Assembly (NCBI GenBank): GCA_963712585.1
Contig: CAVQIH010000007.1
Location: 8,227 to 72,226, forward strand
DNA from: an uncultured Chloroflexia bacterium
GTDB taxonomy: Bacteria; Chloroflexota; Limnocylindria; Limnocylindrales; CSP1-4
Length of the DNA: 64,000 bases
Direction: 5' to 3'
This document shows positions 29,815 through 40,019 of this stretch, one piece after another. Made by a program: the position numbers and the translations under genes. Below the pieces are notes generated by a model. It was not told the DNA's origin, did no database searches, and saw only the letters and a list, made by a program, of their open reading frames with translations. How positions within the stretch are numbered: position 1 is the stretch's first letter; every line of letters starts with the position of its first letter.

Positions 29815-32331
29815 GTGCGCGGGCTCTCTTCGCTCGCCTGGCGGAGCCTCGCGGCGCGACGGCTCCGCAGCCTTCTGACGATCCTGGGCATCGCCCTCGG
29901 GGTGGGGGTGCTCCTCGCCGCCCTCGCCACCGACGCCGGCATCGATGCGTCCATTGGGCGGACCGTCGCCGACCTGGTGGGGCGCGCCGACCTGCGCATC
30001 GAGGCATTCGAGGAGCGGGGGCTCAGCCCGGCCACGGTCGAGCTGGTCCGCGAGACCCCGGGGGTCAAGGTCGTCGCGCCGACCCTCGAGCAGCGGACGT
30101 TTCTCCAGGTCAGGGGAACCGACCTCGGCCTGCCGGTCACCGTCGAGGGGATCGATCCGGCGACCGAGCGGTCGCTCCGCGACCTGGCGCTCCTGGCCGG
30201 GGTGGACCTCGCCCCGGACACGCAGGCGAGCATCCTGGTGACGGAGACCCTCGCCCACGAACGCGGGCTGGGGCTCGGATCGACGGTCATGCTCTACGGG
30301 GCGGCGGAACCCGGACCGGCGACGGTGCGCGTCATCGGGATCGTGGCCGGTGACGGCCCGGTTCCCGGCGCGTTCGGACGGACGGCCTGGATCACGCTCG
30401 ACGCCGCGCAGCGGCTCTTCGCCAGCGAGGCGGTCAGCCGGATCGACGTCGGCCTGAGCCGCGAGGCGAGCCTCCAAACGGTGATCGGCGAGCTCGAGCG
30501 ACGGCTCAGTCTCGAGCCCTACGTCCTCCGCGAGCCCAAGGACATCGCCGCGTCGCTCCAGGCCTCGACCACCGACTTCCGGATGACCCTGGCCCTGCTG
30601 GCCGCGGTCGCCCTGTTCGTGGGCGCCTTCCTCATCTTCAATACGCTCTCGATGACCGTGGTCGAGCGTATCGGCGAAGTCGGGCTCCTGCGGGCGGCCG
30701 GGGCGACTCGCCGGCAGGTGAACGGGCTGTTCCTCGTCCAGGGCCTGATCCTCGGCATCGCCGGCTCGCTGTTGGGCATCCTCGCGGGCTACGGGCTCGC
30801 TGCGCTCATGGCGGGCTGGGTCCGCTCGATCGAGGCCGTCCCCATCGACCGGCTCGTCCTGCCTGTCGGCGGGGTGGCGCTGGCCGCGGCGGTTGGCATC
30901 GTGGTCACCCTCGCGGCCGCCCTCGAGCCGGCCTGGCGGGCCGGCAGGATCGCCCCGGTCGAGGCGCTCCGGGGTCGCCACGACGCGGGGCCGCTGCTGC
31001 GCGCCAGGTTGCGCTGGTTGGCGATCGTGGCGCTCGCCGTGGCCGTGCCCGGCATCCTTCTGTGGCCCGGCGAGGGTTCCGGCGGGACGACCCTGGCCCG
31101 GCCGTTCCTGGTGTACGGGCTTCTCCTTCTGGCCGCCCTGGCCACTCCGTTCGTGCTGCGGCCGCTGGGACCCGTTGCGGGCCTCCTGTTCGCTCCCTTC
31201 TTCCGGACCGAGGAGCGCCTGACGCGGGGCTCGCTCCTCCGCGACCGGAGCCGGACGGCGCTCACCGTGGGCGCCCTGACGGTCGGCCTGGCGATGATCG
31301 TCGCGGTCGGCGCCGTCGCTCAGAATGCCCGCCAGAGCGTCAGCGCCTGGCTGGTTCGGGTCGTGCCCGGAGACGAGGTGCTCACCTCGATTCGTCCGGT
31401 GGGGCTCGATGAGGGCGTGGGCGAGCTCATCGGCGGGATCGACGGCGTGGTCCGGGTGACGCCGGTGGCGACGTTCCAGGTCGCCGTTAGCGGGGCGCGC
31501 CTCGATGCGGCGGCGGTCGTCGGCGCCGATCTGCTGGCCGACGGGCGGCTCGACGTGATCGAGGGCGATCGCGCCTCTGCGCTGCATGACCTGGACGCGG
31601 GCGGCAGCGTCATCGTGCCCCGCTCCGAGGCAGAGCGACTCGGTCTTCAGGTGGGCGACGCGTTACCGTTCACGACCGGCGCACCGGCGACGACCCTGCG
31701 GGTGGCCGCCGTCGTGGAGCATGGCTTCCCCGGGCCGAACGGAGAGACGTTCCTGGTCGGCTGGCCCGATGCCACCGAGCGGTTCGGGGTCCTCGGGGCC
31801 GACTTCTTCGCGGTCCGATACGCAGCGGGCCGGGCGACCGACGCCGCGGCGACCGTCGATGCCGCCGCCCGCGGGCTCGCCCTCGAACCGACCACCCTCG
31901 CCGCGATCGAGGGCGAGGTGGAGGCGGCCCTCGGTCGGCTGTTCGGGCTCTTCGATGCACTCGCACTCGTGGCGATCCTGATCGCCGGCCTGGGCATCGT
32001 GAACACCCTCACCATGAACGTCCTCGAGCGCGTCCGAGAGCTCGGCATCCTGCGAGCAGTCGGCATGACCCAGGTCCAGGTTTGGCGGATGGTGGTGGTC
32101 GAAGCTGGCATCCTGGGTGCCGTCGGTGCCCTGGCCGGCTGCACGGCCGGCGTCGTGGTGGGCGTGGTGATGATGGCCCTGACCGGTGGCGGTGTCGGCG
32201 TCCTCAGCGTGCCGTGGGCGACGATCGCGCTGGCGGCGATCTTCGGGATTGCCGTGTCGATGCTCGCGGCGGCATATCCGGCCCGGGTCGCCAGCCGGCT
32301 CACCATCGTGCGGGCGCTCCAGGCGGAGTAG
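29815..32331 (+). CDS. FtsX/MacB-like ABC permease (duplicated)
   Basis: RSLLTILGIALGV, IFNTLSMTVVER...GLLRAAGA, IVNTLTMNVLERVRELGILRAVG. Confidence 0.88.
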   Translation: MRGLSSLAWRSLAARRLRSLLTILGIALGVGVLLAALATDAGIDASIGRTVADLVGRADLRIEAFEERGLSPATVELVRETPGVKVVAPTLEQRTFLQVRGTDLGLPVTVEGIDPATERSLRDLALLAGVDLAPDTQASILVTETLAHERGLGLGSTVMLYGAAEPGPATVRVIGIVAGDGPVPGAFGRTAWITLDAAQRLFASEAVSRIDVGLSREASLQTVIGELERRLSLEPYVLREPKDIAASLQASTTDFRMTLALLAAVALFVGAFLIFNTLSMTVVERIGEVGLLRAAGATRRQVNGLFLVQGLILGIAGSLLGILAGYGLAALMAGWVRSIEAVPIDRLVLPVGGVALAAAVGIVVTLAAALEPAWRAGRIAPVEALRGRHDAGPLLRARLRWLAIVALAVAVPGILLWPGEGSGGTTLARPFLVYGLLLLAALATPFVLRPLGPVAGLLFAPFFRTEERLTRGSLLRDRSRTALTVGALTVGLAMIVAVGAVAQNARQSVSAWLVRVVPGDEVLTSIRPVGLDEGVGELIGGIDGVVRVTPVATFQVAVSGARLDAAAVVGADLLADGRLDVIEGDRASALHDLDAGGSVIVPRSEAERLGLQVGDALPFTTGAPATTLRVAAVVEHGFPGPNGETFLVGWPDATERFGVLGADFFAVRYAAGRATDAAATVDAAARGLALEPTTLAAIEGEVEAALGRLFGLFDALALVAILIAGLGIVNTLTMNVLERVRELGILRAVGMTQVQVWRMVVVEAGILGAVGALAGCTAGVVVGVVMMALTGGGVGVLSVPWATIALAAIFGIAVSMLAAAYPARVASRLTIVRALQAE

Positions 32332-32338
32332 GGCCGCC

Positions 32339-32710
32339 ATGGACGTTCCGGGGTTCCTCGTCGCCCGCTTCTACGAGCAGGGGAGCCTGCGCAGCACCGC
32401 CGATGGTTTCGAGCTGCGGGCCCACAACGCGCTTGGCGACGGGACACTGATTGGACTAGGGCGGATCCTCGTCGACGGCCGCCTGGTCGACCCGGCATCC
32501 GTGGAGGCGATCCCCGACGACGGCTCCGACCCCATCCGCGCGACGGAGGTCACCGCGCTGCGCCCGATCCGGGTGCGAAAGGGGACGGCCGTCACGATCC
32601 GGGTTCGCGAGGCGACGGCCCTCTCGAAGGGACGCCACACCCTGAGCGTCGAGCTGTTCGAGCGCGACCTCGGGCGGTTACGCCTTTCGATCACCGACGT
32701 CGCCGGCTGA
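32339..32710 (+). CDS. hypothetical protein (small Ig-like domain)
   Basis: ORF following the permease. VPGFL..FY..GSLR...GF pattern recalled from small domains sometimes linked to HMG-CoA reductase; not verified. Confidence 0.55.
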   Translation: MDVPGFLVARFYEQGSLRSTADGFELRAHNALGDGTLIGLGRILVDGRLVDPASVEAIPDDGSDPIRATEVTALRPIRVRKGTAVTIRVREATALSKGRHTLSVELFERDLGRLRLSITDVAG

Positions 32711-32816
32711 GTCGCGGGCGAATCCGGGCGTTGGGGGCGGGCTCGCCTGTTACACTCGGCCGGCGATGGCCGGCCTCCACGTCAACCTCAGGCGACCCAC
32801 CCGGGAGGAGCTGCGG

Positions 32817-33485
32817 ATGACCGCCACCTCGAGGATCAACCGGGTTCCCGCCGCGGAGCGGGGGATCACGATCGGCGACTTCCTGGTCCCGATCATGATC
32901 TGGGAGCGAATCGGGGTCCGTTCTCGCCACCTGGTCCTCATCCTCACGGGTGCGCTGTTCATTGCGCTGACTGCCAACATCTCCATTCGCGTGCCGGACT
33001 CGCCGGTGCCCATCACCGGCCAGACCTTCGCCGTGCTCCTGGTTGGAGGCTCCCTGGGGATGCGCCGAGGCGCCCTCGCCTCGCTGCTCTACCTGGCGCT
33101 CGGTTTCGTGGGCTTGCCGGTCTTCGCCGAGCATGCCTCCGGGATCGCCAAGGTGGCGGCCGTGGTGGACGGGCAGCTCGTCCTCGGGGCGACCGGCGGC
33201 TATCTCATCGGCTTCGTGCTCGCCGCTGGGCTCGTGGGCCGGCTCGCCGAGCTCGGCTGGGATCGCCACATCGGCGGCTCCGCGGCCGCCATGGCGCTGG
33301 GCAACGTCGTCATCTACCTGGTCGGGATTCCCTGGCTCATGGCGGCCCTGGGGGTCCCCGTCGGGCGTGCCATCGAGCTCGGCTTCATCCCCTACGTCCT
33401 GGGCGACCTGCTCAAGCTCGCCCTCGCTGCCGGGGTCTTCCCCGCCGCCTGGTGGGTAGTCGGCAGGCGGTCCGAAGACCGCTAA
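32817..33485 (+). CDS. bioY: biotin transporter BioY
   Basis: PVPITGQTFAV, YLALGFVGLPVFA, TGGYLIGF, GDLLK; GAGGAG RBS. Confidence 0.92.
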   Translation: MTATSRINRVPAAERGITIGDFLVPIMIWERIGVRSRHLVLILTGALFIALTANISIRVPDSPVPITGQTFAVLLVGGSLGMRRGALASLLYLALGFVGLPVFAEHASGIAKVAAVVDGQLVLGATGGYLIGFVLAAGLVGRLAELGWDRHIGGSAAAMALGNVVIYLVGIPWLMAALGVPVGRAIELGFIPYVLGDLLKLALAAGVFPAAWWVVGRRSEDR

Positions 33486-33500
33486 GGGCGCCCAGCGTCC

Positions 33501-33539
33501 GACCCGCAGGGCATTCTCAACCCGGGCAAGGTCCTGTAA
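33501..33539 (+). pseudogene. remnant C-terminus of an FAD-linked oxidase (GlcD-like)
   Basis: Reads DPQGILNPGKVL*, the canonical DPxGxxNPGK terminus, with no upstream body. Confidence 0.55.
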
Positions 33540-33623
33540 GGGCAGCGCTGGCTACCGGGCCGGCGGGTACACGCCGACGCTCGGTCGGCGGCCGCTCGGC
33601 TGGCGCAGCCGTATCCTCGGATC

Positions 33624-34625
33624 GTGCGTGCGCTGCTGCTGGAGCGGACGGGTCCGGCCAAGGCGGACGGACCGCTGCGCCTGGCCGACCTCCCTGAGCC
33701 GGAGCCCCGGCCGGGCGACCTCGTCCTGGCGGTGGCCGCCTGCGGTGTCTGCCGAACCGACCTCCAGATCGTCGAGGGAGACCTCGCCGCGCGGCGGTTG
33801 CCGATCGTGCCAGGTCATCAGGCGGTCGGTCGCGTGATCGCGGTCGGAGATGGCGTGAGCGGCTGGCGCGTCGGCGAGCGGGCCGGCGTCGGCTGGCTGG
33901 GCGGGGCCGACGGCACCTGCGACCGCTGCCGCGCCGGTCGCGAGAACCTCTGTGCCGCCGCGACGTTCACGGGCTGGGATCGCGACGGTGGCTATGCCGA
34001 GCGGATCGCGGTCCGAGCCGACTTCGCGCTCCGCCTGCCGGACGGCTTCGCGGACCTCGCTGCGGCACCGCTCCTCTGCGGCGGCGTGATCGGCTACCGG
34101 GCGCTCCGCGTCTCGGGGATTCAGCCGGGTGGCCGGTTGGGGCTCTACGGGTTCGGGGCTTCGGCCCTCCTGGCGATCCAGGTCGCTCGTCATTGGGGCT
34201 GCGAGGTCTACGTCGCGACCCGCTCGGAACGCGAGCGGCGGCGGGCCCGCGAGCTCGGGGCGACCTGGGTCGGTGGCTACGATGACCCGCCCCCGGCTTC
34301 CCTCGATGCGGCGGTGACGTTCGCGCCGTCCGGCGACGTCGTCATCGCTGCGCTGCGAGCCGTCGATCGGGGTGGGACCGTCGCAGTCAATGCCATCCAC
34401 CTCGACCGCGTCCCTGAGTTCCCCTATGAGCTGCTGTGGTGGGAGCGGAGCCTGCGGAGTGTGGCCAACTTCACCCGGCGGGACGCGATCGAGTTCCTCA
34501 CGCTCGCCGCCGAGATCCCCATCCGGACGGCCGTCGAGCGGTTCCCCCTCGCCGCCGGCGCCGCGGCGCTGGCGCGGCTGAAGGCGGGTGAGATCGAGGG
34601 CACGGCGGTCCTCGAGATCGGCTGA
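33624..34625 (+). CDS. zinc-dependent alcohol dehydrogenase family protein
   Basis: CGVCRTD, PGHQ, CDRC...ENLC structural Zn site, PLLCGG, LYGFGASA. Confidence 0.9.
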   Translation: MRALLLERTGPAKADGPLRLADLPEPEPRPGDLVLAVAACGVCRTDLQIVEGDLAARRLPIVPGHQAVGRVIAVGDGVSGWRVGERAGVGWLGGADGTCDRCRAGRENLCAAATFTGWDRDGGYAERIAVRADFALRLPDGFADLAAAPLLCGGVIGYRALRVSGIQPGGRLGLYGFGASALLAIQVARHWGCEVYVATRSERERRRARELGATWVGGYDDPPPASLDAAVTFAPSGDVVIAALRAVDRGGTVAVNAIHLDRVPEFPYELLWWERSLRSVANFTRRDAIEFLTLAAEIPIRTAVERFPLAAGAAALARLKAGEIEGTAVLEIG

Positions 34626-34646
34626 TCGCGCGCTCGTCGGGCCCGG

Positions 34647-35687
34647 CTAACCCTGGGGTGGCGTGCAGGACGAGCGAGGGACGAAGTGGGTTGGGAGGAG
34701 GACCGTCTCGGGCTGGGCGCCGCCCTGCATCCGGCGCAGAAGCAGCTCCGCGGCGATCCGGCCGACCTCGGCGGCGTTGCGGTCCACGACTGCGATCGGC
34801 GGCTGGAAGAGCTCCGAGAGCGGCACGTCGTCGCAGCTCACGAGCGAGACCGGTTGGCCAGGCCGGATCCCCCGGGCGGCGAACGCGCGCAGGCAGCCGA
34901 CCAGGAGCTGGCTGCTGCCGGCTACGACCGCCGTCGGCGGCTCGGGACCGTCGAGGAGCTCGGCGGCAGCGGTCTCGCCGTGCTCCGCGTTGAAGCGGCC
35001 GGTGCGGACCACGATGTCGTCGGGCAGGCCGCGGGCACGGAACCCCTCGCGCATGCCGGCGAGCCGCTCCCGGGACGGCCGGACGTCGAGCGGCCCCGAG
35101 ATCAGGGCGATCCGGCGGTGGCCGAGGTCGAGCAGATACTCGATGGCCGCTCGCATCCCAACGGCGTGGTCCGAGAGGACCGCGCTCATCCGGAGGCGGG
35201 CCGGGACGTCGCGATCCAGGACGACGACCGGCACCCGGACCTCGGCGAGGACCTCGAGGGGACCGCGCTTCCGCTCGCTCGCGAGGGAGACGATCATCCC
35301 GTCGACTCGGCGCGACCGGAAGAACCGCATGTGGGCCGCATCGAGACTGGGGTCGTCATCGGAGCTCATGACGACCAACGAATAGCCGCTCCCGCGAAGG
35401 ACCCACTCGGCGCTCGCCGCGATGGACGCCATGAGCGGCGTCGAGATGTCCCGGGCGACGTATCCGACTGAGAGTGTCGCCCCTCGGCGCAGGCTCTGGG
35501 CGAGGAAGTCCGGCTCGTAGCCGAGCTGCTCGACGGCCGCCAGGACCCGCTGGCGCATGGTGGGGCTGACGTCCGGATGGCCTGACAGGACCCGCGAGAC
35601 GGACGAGATGGCAACGTCCGCCAGGGAGGCGACCTCGCGCATGCTGGCACGATGGCTCAGGCGGTCCTGATCGGCTTGCTCGTTCAT
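34647..35687 (-). CDS. LacI family transcriptional regulator
   Basis: MREVASLADVAISSVSRVL HTH, LGYEPD..AQSLR hinge, LGHRRIA, periplasmic-binding-like domain. Confidence 0.9.
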   Translation of the reverse strand: MNEQADQDRLSHRASMREVASLADVAISSVSRVLSGHPDVSPTMRQRVLAAVEQLGYEPDFLAQSLRRGATLSVGYVARDISTPLMASIAASAEWVLRGSGYSLVVMSSDDDPSLDAAHMRFFRSRRVDGMIVSLASERKRGPLEVLAEVRVPVVVLDRDVPARLRMSAVLSDHAVGMRAAIEYLLDLGHRRIALISGPLDVRPSRERLAGMREGFRARGLPDDIVVRTGRFNAEHGETAAAELLDGPEPPTAVVAGSSQLLVGCLRAFAARGIRPGQPVSLVSCDDVPLSELFQPPIAVVDRNAAEVGRIAAELLLRRMQGGAQPETVLLPTHFVPRSSCTPPQG

Positions 35688-35761
35688 GCTCGGACGTCCA
35701 TCGGGGGCGGTCCTCGGTCCCTGTCGAGCGGTGGCCGCCTGCCATCGCTGCTCCCCGTTCC

Positions 35762-35773
35762 GGTATCGGTTGC
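35762..35773. promoter_or_regulatory. possible LacI-type operator upstream of the LacI gene
   Basis: GGTATCGGTTGC fits the GnnAnCGnTnnC LacI-family pattern. Confidence 0.3.
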
Positions 35774-35852
35774 GGCGCCTGCCGCAATCATACCGACCCG
35801 GCAACGTGCCTGCGCGAACTCCCCGGCCGCGAGCCGGGGCGGCTCGACCGGT

Positions 35853-37163
35853 CTACAGCTCCTCGACCGAGACGTCGAGGAAGTGGGTCGCGCAGCTGAT
35901 GCAGGGGTCGTAGCTCCGGATCAGCTGCTCGAGCTTGTTCGTGGCGACCTCGTGGGGGAGATCGAGGATGGTCGGGGCGAACTTGGCCAGGTCGGCCTCG
36001 ATCGCGCCCTGGTTCTGGCTCGTCGGTGGCACGATCTGGGCGGCTGAAACCAGCCCCCGCTCGTCGACCTCGTAGCGGTGGAAGAGCAGACCCCGGGGCG
36101 CCTCGGTCGCCCAGGCGGCGCGGCCGGGCCGCGACGTCCAGGCGACCCTGGGCTCGGCCGGCGGCGTGTACTCGTCGATGATGTCGATCGCCTCGGCGAC
36201 CGCGTGGACGAGCTCGATCGCCCGGGCCGCCACGCTCCAGTAGATGTTCGTCCGCATCTCGTCGTGGAGCCCGGTCTCGGCGAGAAGCTCCTTGGCGATC
36301 GGGTGGAGCTGGTCCGAGGCGAGGGTGAGCCGCGCCGCCGGCCCGACGAGATAGACCTCGCCGGACTTGGTCCGGGCGTGGAGGGCGTTCGTGCCCTCGA
36401 CGTGGTCCTCGACGAAAGCCTCGTCCCAGGCGCTCGGCGCGAGGTCGAGGCCGTCTGAGGAGACGATCCGGCCGTCGTTGAAGGGATACTCGCTGGGGTG
36501 CTTGAGTGCCACGAGCTTCGGCTCACGCTCGAAGGCCGGCGCCGAGAAGCTGCGCACCAGGTGGACGGTCGCCTTGGCCTGCTCGAGGGCGCCCTCGAGG
36601 GCATGGCGGATGGGCTCGAGCTCGGTCCGGCGCGGGACCCGCGACCAGCCGCCGACCCGGACGCTGACCGGGTGGATCGGCCGGCCGCCCAGGATCCGCA
36701 GCAGGTCGTTGCCGACCTTCTTGAGGGCCAGCCCCTGCTCGACGACGGCCCGGTGATCCTTGGCCATCGTGATCGCGCTGTCGTAGCCGAGGAAGTCCGG
36801 GGCGTGGAGGAGGTAGATATGGAGGCCGTGGCTTTCGATCCACTCCCCGGTGTAGAAGAGGCGACGGAGGGCCCGGACCTGGGGGTCGATGGTGACCCCG
36901 AAGAGGTCCTCGAAGCCGTGGACCGCGCTCATCTGGTAGGCAACCGGACAGATCCCGCAGATCCGGGCGACGATGTCGATGACCTCGTCGGGCGTCCGCC
37001 CGACGACGAGCTGCTCGAAGTAGCGTGGCGCCTCGAAGATCTTCAGGCGCGCCTCCACGACCTGGCCCTCGCGGACCCGGAGGTGGAGGGTGCCCTCGCC
37101 CTCGACGCGGGTGAGCTCCTCGACCTCGAAGAGGTGCTCGCCGGTCTCGTCAGTCGCGTGCAT
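35853..37163 (-). CDS. hydA: group 3b [NiFe]-hydrogenase (sulfhydrogenase) large/alpha subunit
   Basis: TRVEGEG, EAPRYFE, L1 RICGIC, EAPRG, PPTSQN, L2 DPCISCATH + cleavable tail. Confidence 0.92.
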   Translation of the reverse strand: MHATDETGEHLFEVEELTRVEGEGTLHLRVREGQVVEARLKIFEAPRYFEQLVVGRTPDEVIDIVARICGICPVAYQMSAVHGFEDLFGVTIDPQVRALRRLFYTGEWIESHGLHIYLLHAPDFLGYDSAITMAKDHRAVVEQGLALKKVGNDLLRILGGRPIHPVSVRVGGWSRVPRRTELEPIRHALEGALEQAKATVHLVRSFSAPAFEREPKLVALKHPSEYPFNDGRIVSSDGLDLAPSAWDEAFVEDHVEGTNALHARTKSGEVYLVGPAARLTLASDQLHPIAKELLAETGLHDEMRTNIYWSVAARAIELVHAVAEAIDIIDEYTPPAEPRVAWTSRPGRAAWATEAPRGLLFHRYEVDERGLVSAAQIVPPTSQNQGAIEADLAKFAPTILDLPHEVATNKLEQLIRSYDPCISCATHFLDVSVEEL

Positions 37164-38001
37164 CGGGGCCTCCCGTCCGAGCCTCGACGGCATCGTCGCG
37201 CGTGCCGCGGATCCCGCCGTATTCGCTGATCACGTGCCGGAACGGTTCGGAGTAGGCGGTGAAGCCGGCGAAGAGCCGCCCTACCTCGTCACGTGACCGC
37301 TCGGGTGTCGCTGAGAAGAAGCGGCCGAGGCCGACCGCGTTGGCCTGCTCGCGCGGGCCGAAGCAGCCGTAGCAGCCACGTCCGAACGAGGGGCAGATCG
37401 CGCCGCAGCCGGTCTGGGTCACCTGGCCGAGGCAGGGGATGCCCTTGGCCGTCATGACGCACACCACGCCGCGCCGCTTGCAGTCCATGCAGACGGCCTC
37501 GTCGCGCAGCTGCGGGCGCCGGCCAGTCACGAGCGCGGTGAGCAGCTCGACGAGCTGGCTCGGGTCGATCGGGCAGCCGCGCAGCTCGAAGTCGACCGGG
37601 ACGTGCTCTGAGACCGGAGTGGAGGTCGCCAGGGACTCGACGTACTCGGGGTGGGCGTAGACGGCCGCCCGGAAGGCGTCGTGGTCGGCCCAGTTGCGGA
37701 GGGCCTGGATCCCGCCCGCGGTGGCGCAGGCGCCGATCGTGACGAGGATGCGGGCCTGCTTGCGCAGCTCGGCGATCCGGCGCTGGTGGTCGAGGGTGCT
37801 GACCGAGCCCTCCACGAAGAGGACGTCGTAGGGGCCGACCGAGCGGGCCGACGAGGCCTCGGGGAAATCGACGATCTCGAAGTGCTCGGTCAGCGCTAGC
37901 AGCTCGTCCTCGAGGTCGAGGATCGTGAGCTGGCAGCCGTCACAGGAGGCGAACTTGACGACGCCGACCCGGGGCCGGGCGGCAGTGGTGGCGGCTGACA
38001 T
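37150..38001 (-). CDS. hydD: group 3b hydrogenase small/delta subunit
   Basis: KFASCDGCQ, VEGS, GACATAGGIQALRN, GCP, C-terminal Cys cluster CPSFGRGCYGC. Confidence 0.9.
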   Translation of the reverse strand: MSAATTAARPRVGVVKFASCDGCQLTILDLEDELLALTEHFEIVDFPEASSARSVGPYDVLFVEGSVSTLDHQRRIAELRKQARILVTIGACATAGGIQALRNWADHDAFRAAVYAHPEYVESLATSTPVSEHVPVDFELRGCPIDPSQLVELLTALVTGRRPQLRDEAVCMDCKRRGVVCVMTAKGIPCLGQVTQTGCGAICPSFGRGCYGCFGPREQANAVGLGRFFSATPERSRDEVGRLFAGFTAYSEPFRHVISEYGGIRGTRDDAVEARTGGPDARD

Positions 38002-39992
38002 CAGATGCCCTCCCGGCCGAACGTGTCACCGAGTTGGGCGATCGAGAAGACCGGCCCGTCCTTGCACACGAAGTACTTGCCCATCTGGCAATGACCGCAG
38101 AGCCCGATGCCGCACTCCATGTGCCGCTCGAGCGTCACGAAGATCCGGGTGGCCGAGACCCCCCGCCCGGCCAGGGTCGCGGTGGCGGCCTGCATCATCC
38201 GCTCCGGGCCGCACACGAAGGCGACCGCATTCGAGCCGTCCCAGGTGGCGTGGTCGAAGAGCTGGGTTACGACGCCAACCCTCCCGTTCCACTCGGGCCC
38301 GGCCCGGTCGACGGTCAGGCTGACCTCGATGCCGGCCGCGCTGTTCCAGCGTTCGACCTCCTCGCGGAAGAGGAGGTCGGCCGGTGTCCGCGCGCCGTAG
38401 TACAGACGGACGTCGCCGTAGCGTCGGCGATCCGCGGCGATGGCATGGACAACCGGGCGGACCGGCGCGAGGCCGACACCACCGACGCAGATGACGAGGT
38501 CGCGCCCGACCGCGCGGTCGAGCGGCCAACTGTTGCCAAGCGGGCCTCGGAGGCCAACCTGGTCGCCGACCTTGAGGCCAGTCATCGCCTTGGTGGCCGG
38601 GCCGGCGCCTCGGATCGTCAGCTCGATGCCATCGGTGAGGAAGCGCGAGATGGAGATCGGGAGGGGCGGAAAGCCCGGGATGGCGACCATGGCGAATTGG
38701 CCGAGACGGCCTTCGGAGAAGGCCGGGTCGACGTTGGCCAGGGTCAGGGTGACCGTGTCTTGGGTTTCCGGATGGGTGGCGACGACCTGGGCCGTCACGA
38801 AGTCCTTCGGGGTCGCCGCGACCGGCTCGAGCGCGGGCGGCTCCTCCGCGAGGGTCGGCGCGGGGGCGATCGCTTGAAGCTCCTCGCGGACGTCGATCGC
38901 GACCGGGCACCAGGTGATGCAGCGCCCGCAGCCGATGCAGCCGAACTGACCGAACTGGTCGATCCAGGTGGCGAACTTGTGGGTCAGCCACTGGCGGTAA
39001 CGATCACGGGGTCGCGACCGGAAGCTCCCGCCGGCGACGCGTGCGAAGCTCGGGCTGAAGCAGGAGTCCCAGTACCGCTCCGTCCGGGCGACCTTGCCCT
39101 CGAGGTCGGTCTTCTGGCTGACGCTGGTACAGAAGCAGGTCGGACAGGCGAGGGTGCAGTTCCCGCACGTGATGCAGCGCTCGGCGACCTCGGCCCAGCG
39201 CGGATGGTCGAGCTGGGCGAGCAGCCGATCGTGGAGCCCGTTGGTGGGCACGGGGTCACCGATCCGGGCCCTCGTCGCGGCCACGTCGGCGGCCGCGGTG
39301 TACTGCTCGACTGAAGTGGCCGGGCGCACGGGGAGGCGCTCCAGGATGATCTCCTGGCCGATCGCAGAGCCGGCCTGGACGAGGAAGCCCTCGTCGAGCT
39401 CGGTCAGGGCCAAATCGAAGCCCCTGTCGACCTCGGGCCCGGTTCCCATCGAGGTGCAGAAGCAGGTCGAGGCATTCGTCGTGCACTGGACGGCCACCAC
39501 GAGGATCTTCGAACGCCGCGCCCGATAGTCCGGATCGCTGAACTGGCCTGCGGCCAGGACCTTGTCCTGGACGCCGATCGCCGCCAGGTCACAGGCCCGG
39601 ACTCCCAGGAAGGCGTACTTCTCGGGTTCGGGCACCACCGGGCTGAACTCGACGTGATGGTCCTCGCGCCGCCCGACGTTGAGGGGCACGACCGGCGGGA
39701 AGAGGTAGTTCTTCCAGCTCGTCGGGCCGACGACGTAGCCGAAGGTCCGACCGTCGGTGCGCTCGGTCAGCCGGTAGTGGCCGGGGGCCTGCTCGTCGCC
39801 GACGCCATGGGGGAGCTCCGCGGCCGACCGGATCTCGTCGTAGACGATTGCCCCGTCCGCGACCGTGGGGCCGATGACCTTGCGGCCGTCCTCGCGGAGC
39901 AGGGCGATGAGCGCGTCCAGGTTCCCGCGCTCGAGGAACCAGCGGCCGTGTGCGGCGGCCTGCGCCGGGCGGCCGAGATCGGTGGTCACCAT
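38001..39992 (-). CDS. fused sulfhydrogenase beta (4Fe-4S) + gamma (FAD/NAD-binding, 2Fe-2S) subunit
   Basis: GVRACD, CFCTSMG, CITCGNCTLACPTCFC, CIGCGRCITWCP (beta), then RGPLGN, GGVGLAP, CGPERMM, ERHMECGIGLCGHC..CKDGPVF (gamma), all in one frame. Confidence 0.88.
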   Translation of the reverse strand: MVTTDLGRPAQAAAHGRWFLERGNLDALIALLREDGRKVIGPTVADGAIVYDEIRSAAELPHGVGDEQAPGHYRLTERTDGRTFGYVVGPTSWKNYLFPPVVPLNVGRREDHHVEFSPVVPEPEKYAFLGVRACDLAAIGVQDKVLAAGQFSDPDYRARRSKILVVAVQCTTNASTCFCTSMGTGPEVDRGFDLALTELDEGFLVQAGSAIGQEIILERLPVRPATSVEQYTAAADVAATRARIGDPVPTNGLHDRLLAQLDHPRWAEVAERCITCGNCTLACPTCFCTSVSQKTDLEGKVARTERYWDSCFSPSFARVAGGSFRSRPRDRYRQWLTHKFATWIDQFGQFGCIGCGRCITWCPVAIDVREELQAIAPAPTLAEEPPALEPVAATPKDFVTAQVVATHPETQDTVTLTLANVDPAFSEGRLGQFAMVAIPGFPPLPISISRFLTDGIELTIRGAGPATKAMTGLKVGDQVGLRGPLGNSWPLDRAVGRDLVICVGGVGLAPVRPVVHAIAADRRRYGDVRLYYGARTPADLLFREEVERWNSAAGIEVSLTVDRAGPEWNGRVGVVTQLFDHATWDGSNAVAFVCGPERMMQAATATLAGRGVSATRIFVTLERHMECGIGLCGHCQMGKYFVCKDGPVFSIAQLGDTFGREGI

Positions 39993-40019
39993 GCTGGACC
40001 TCGTTGGGTGGAAGAGACC

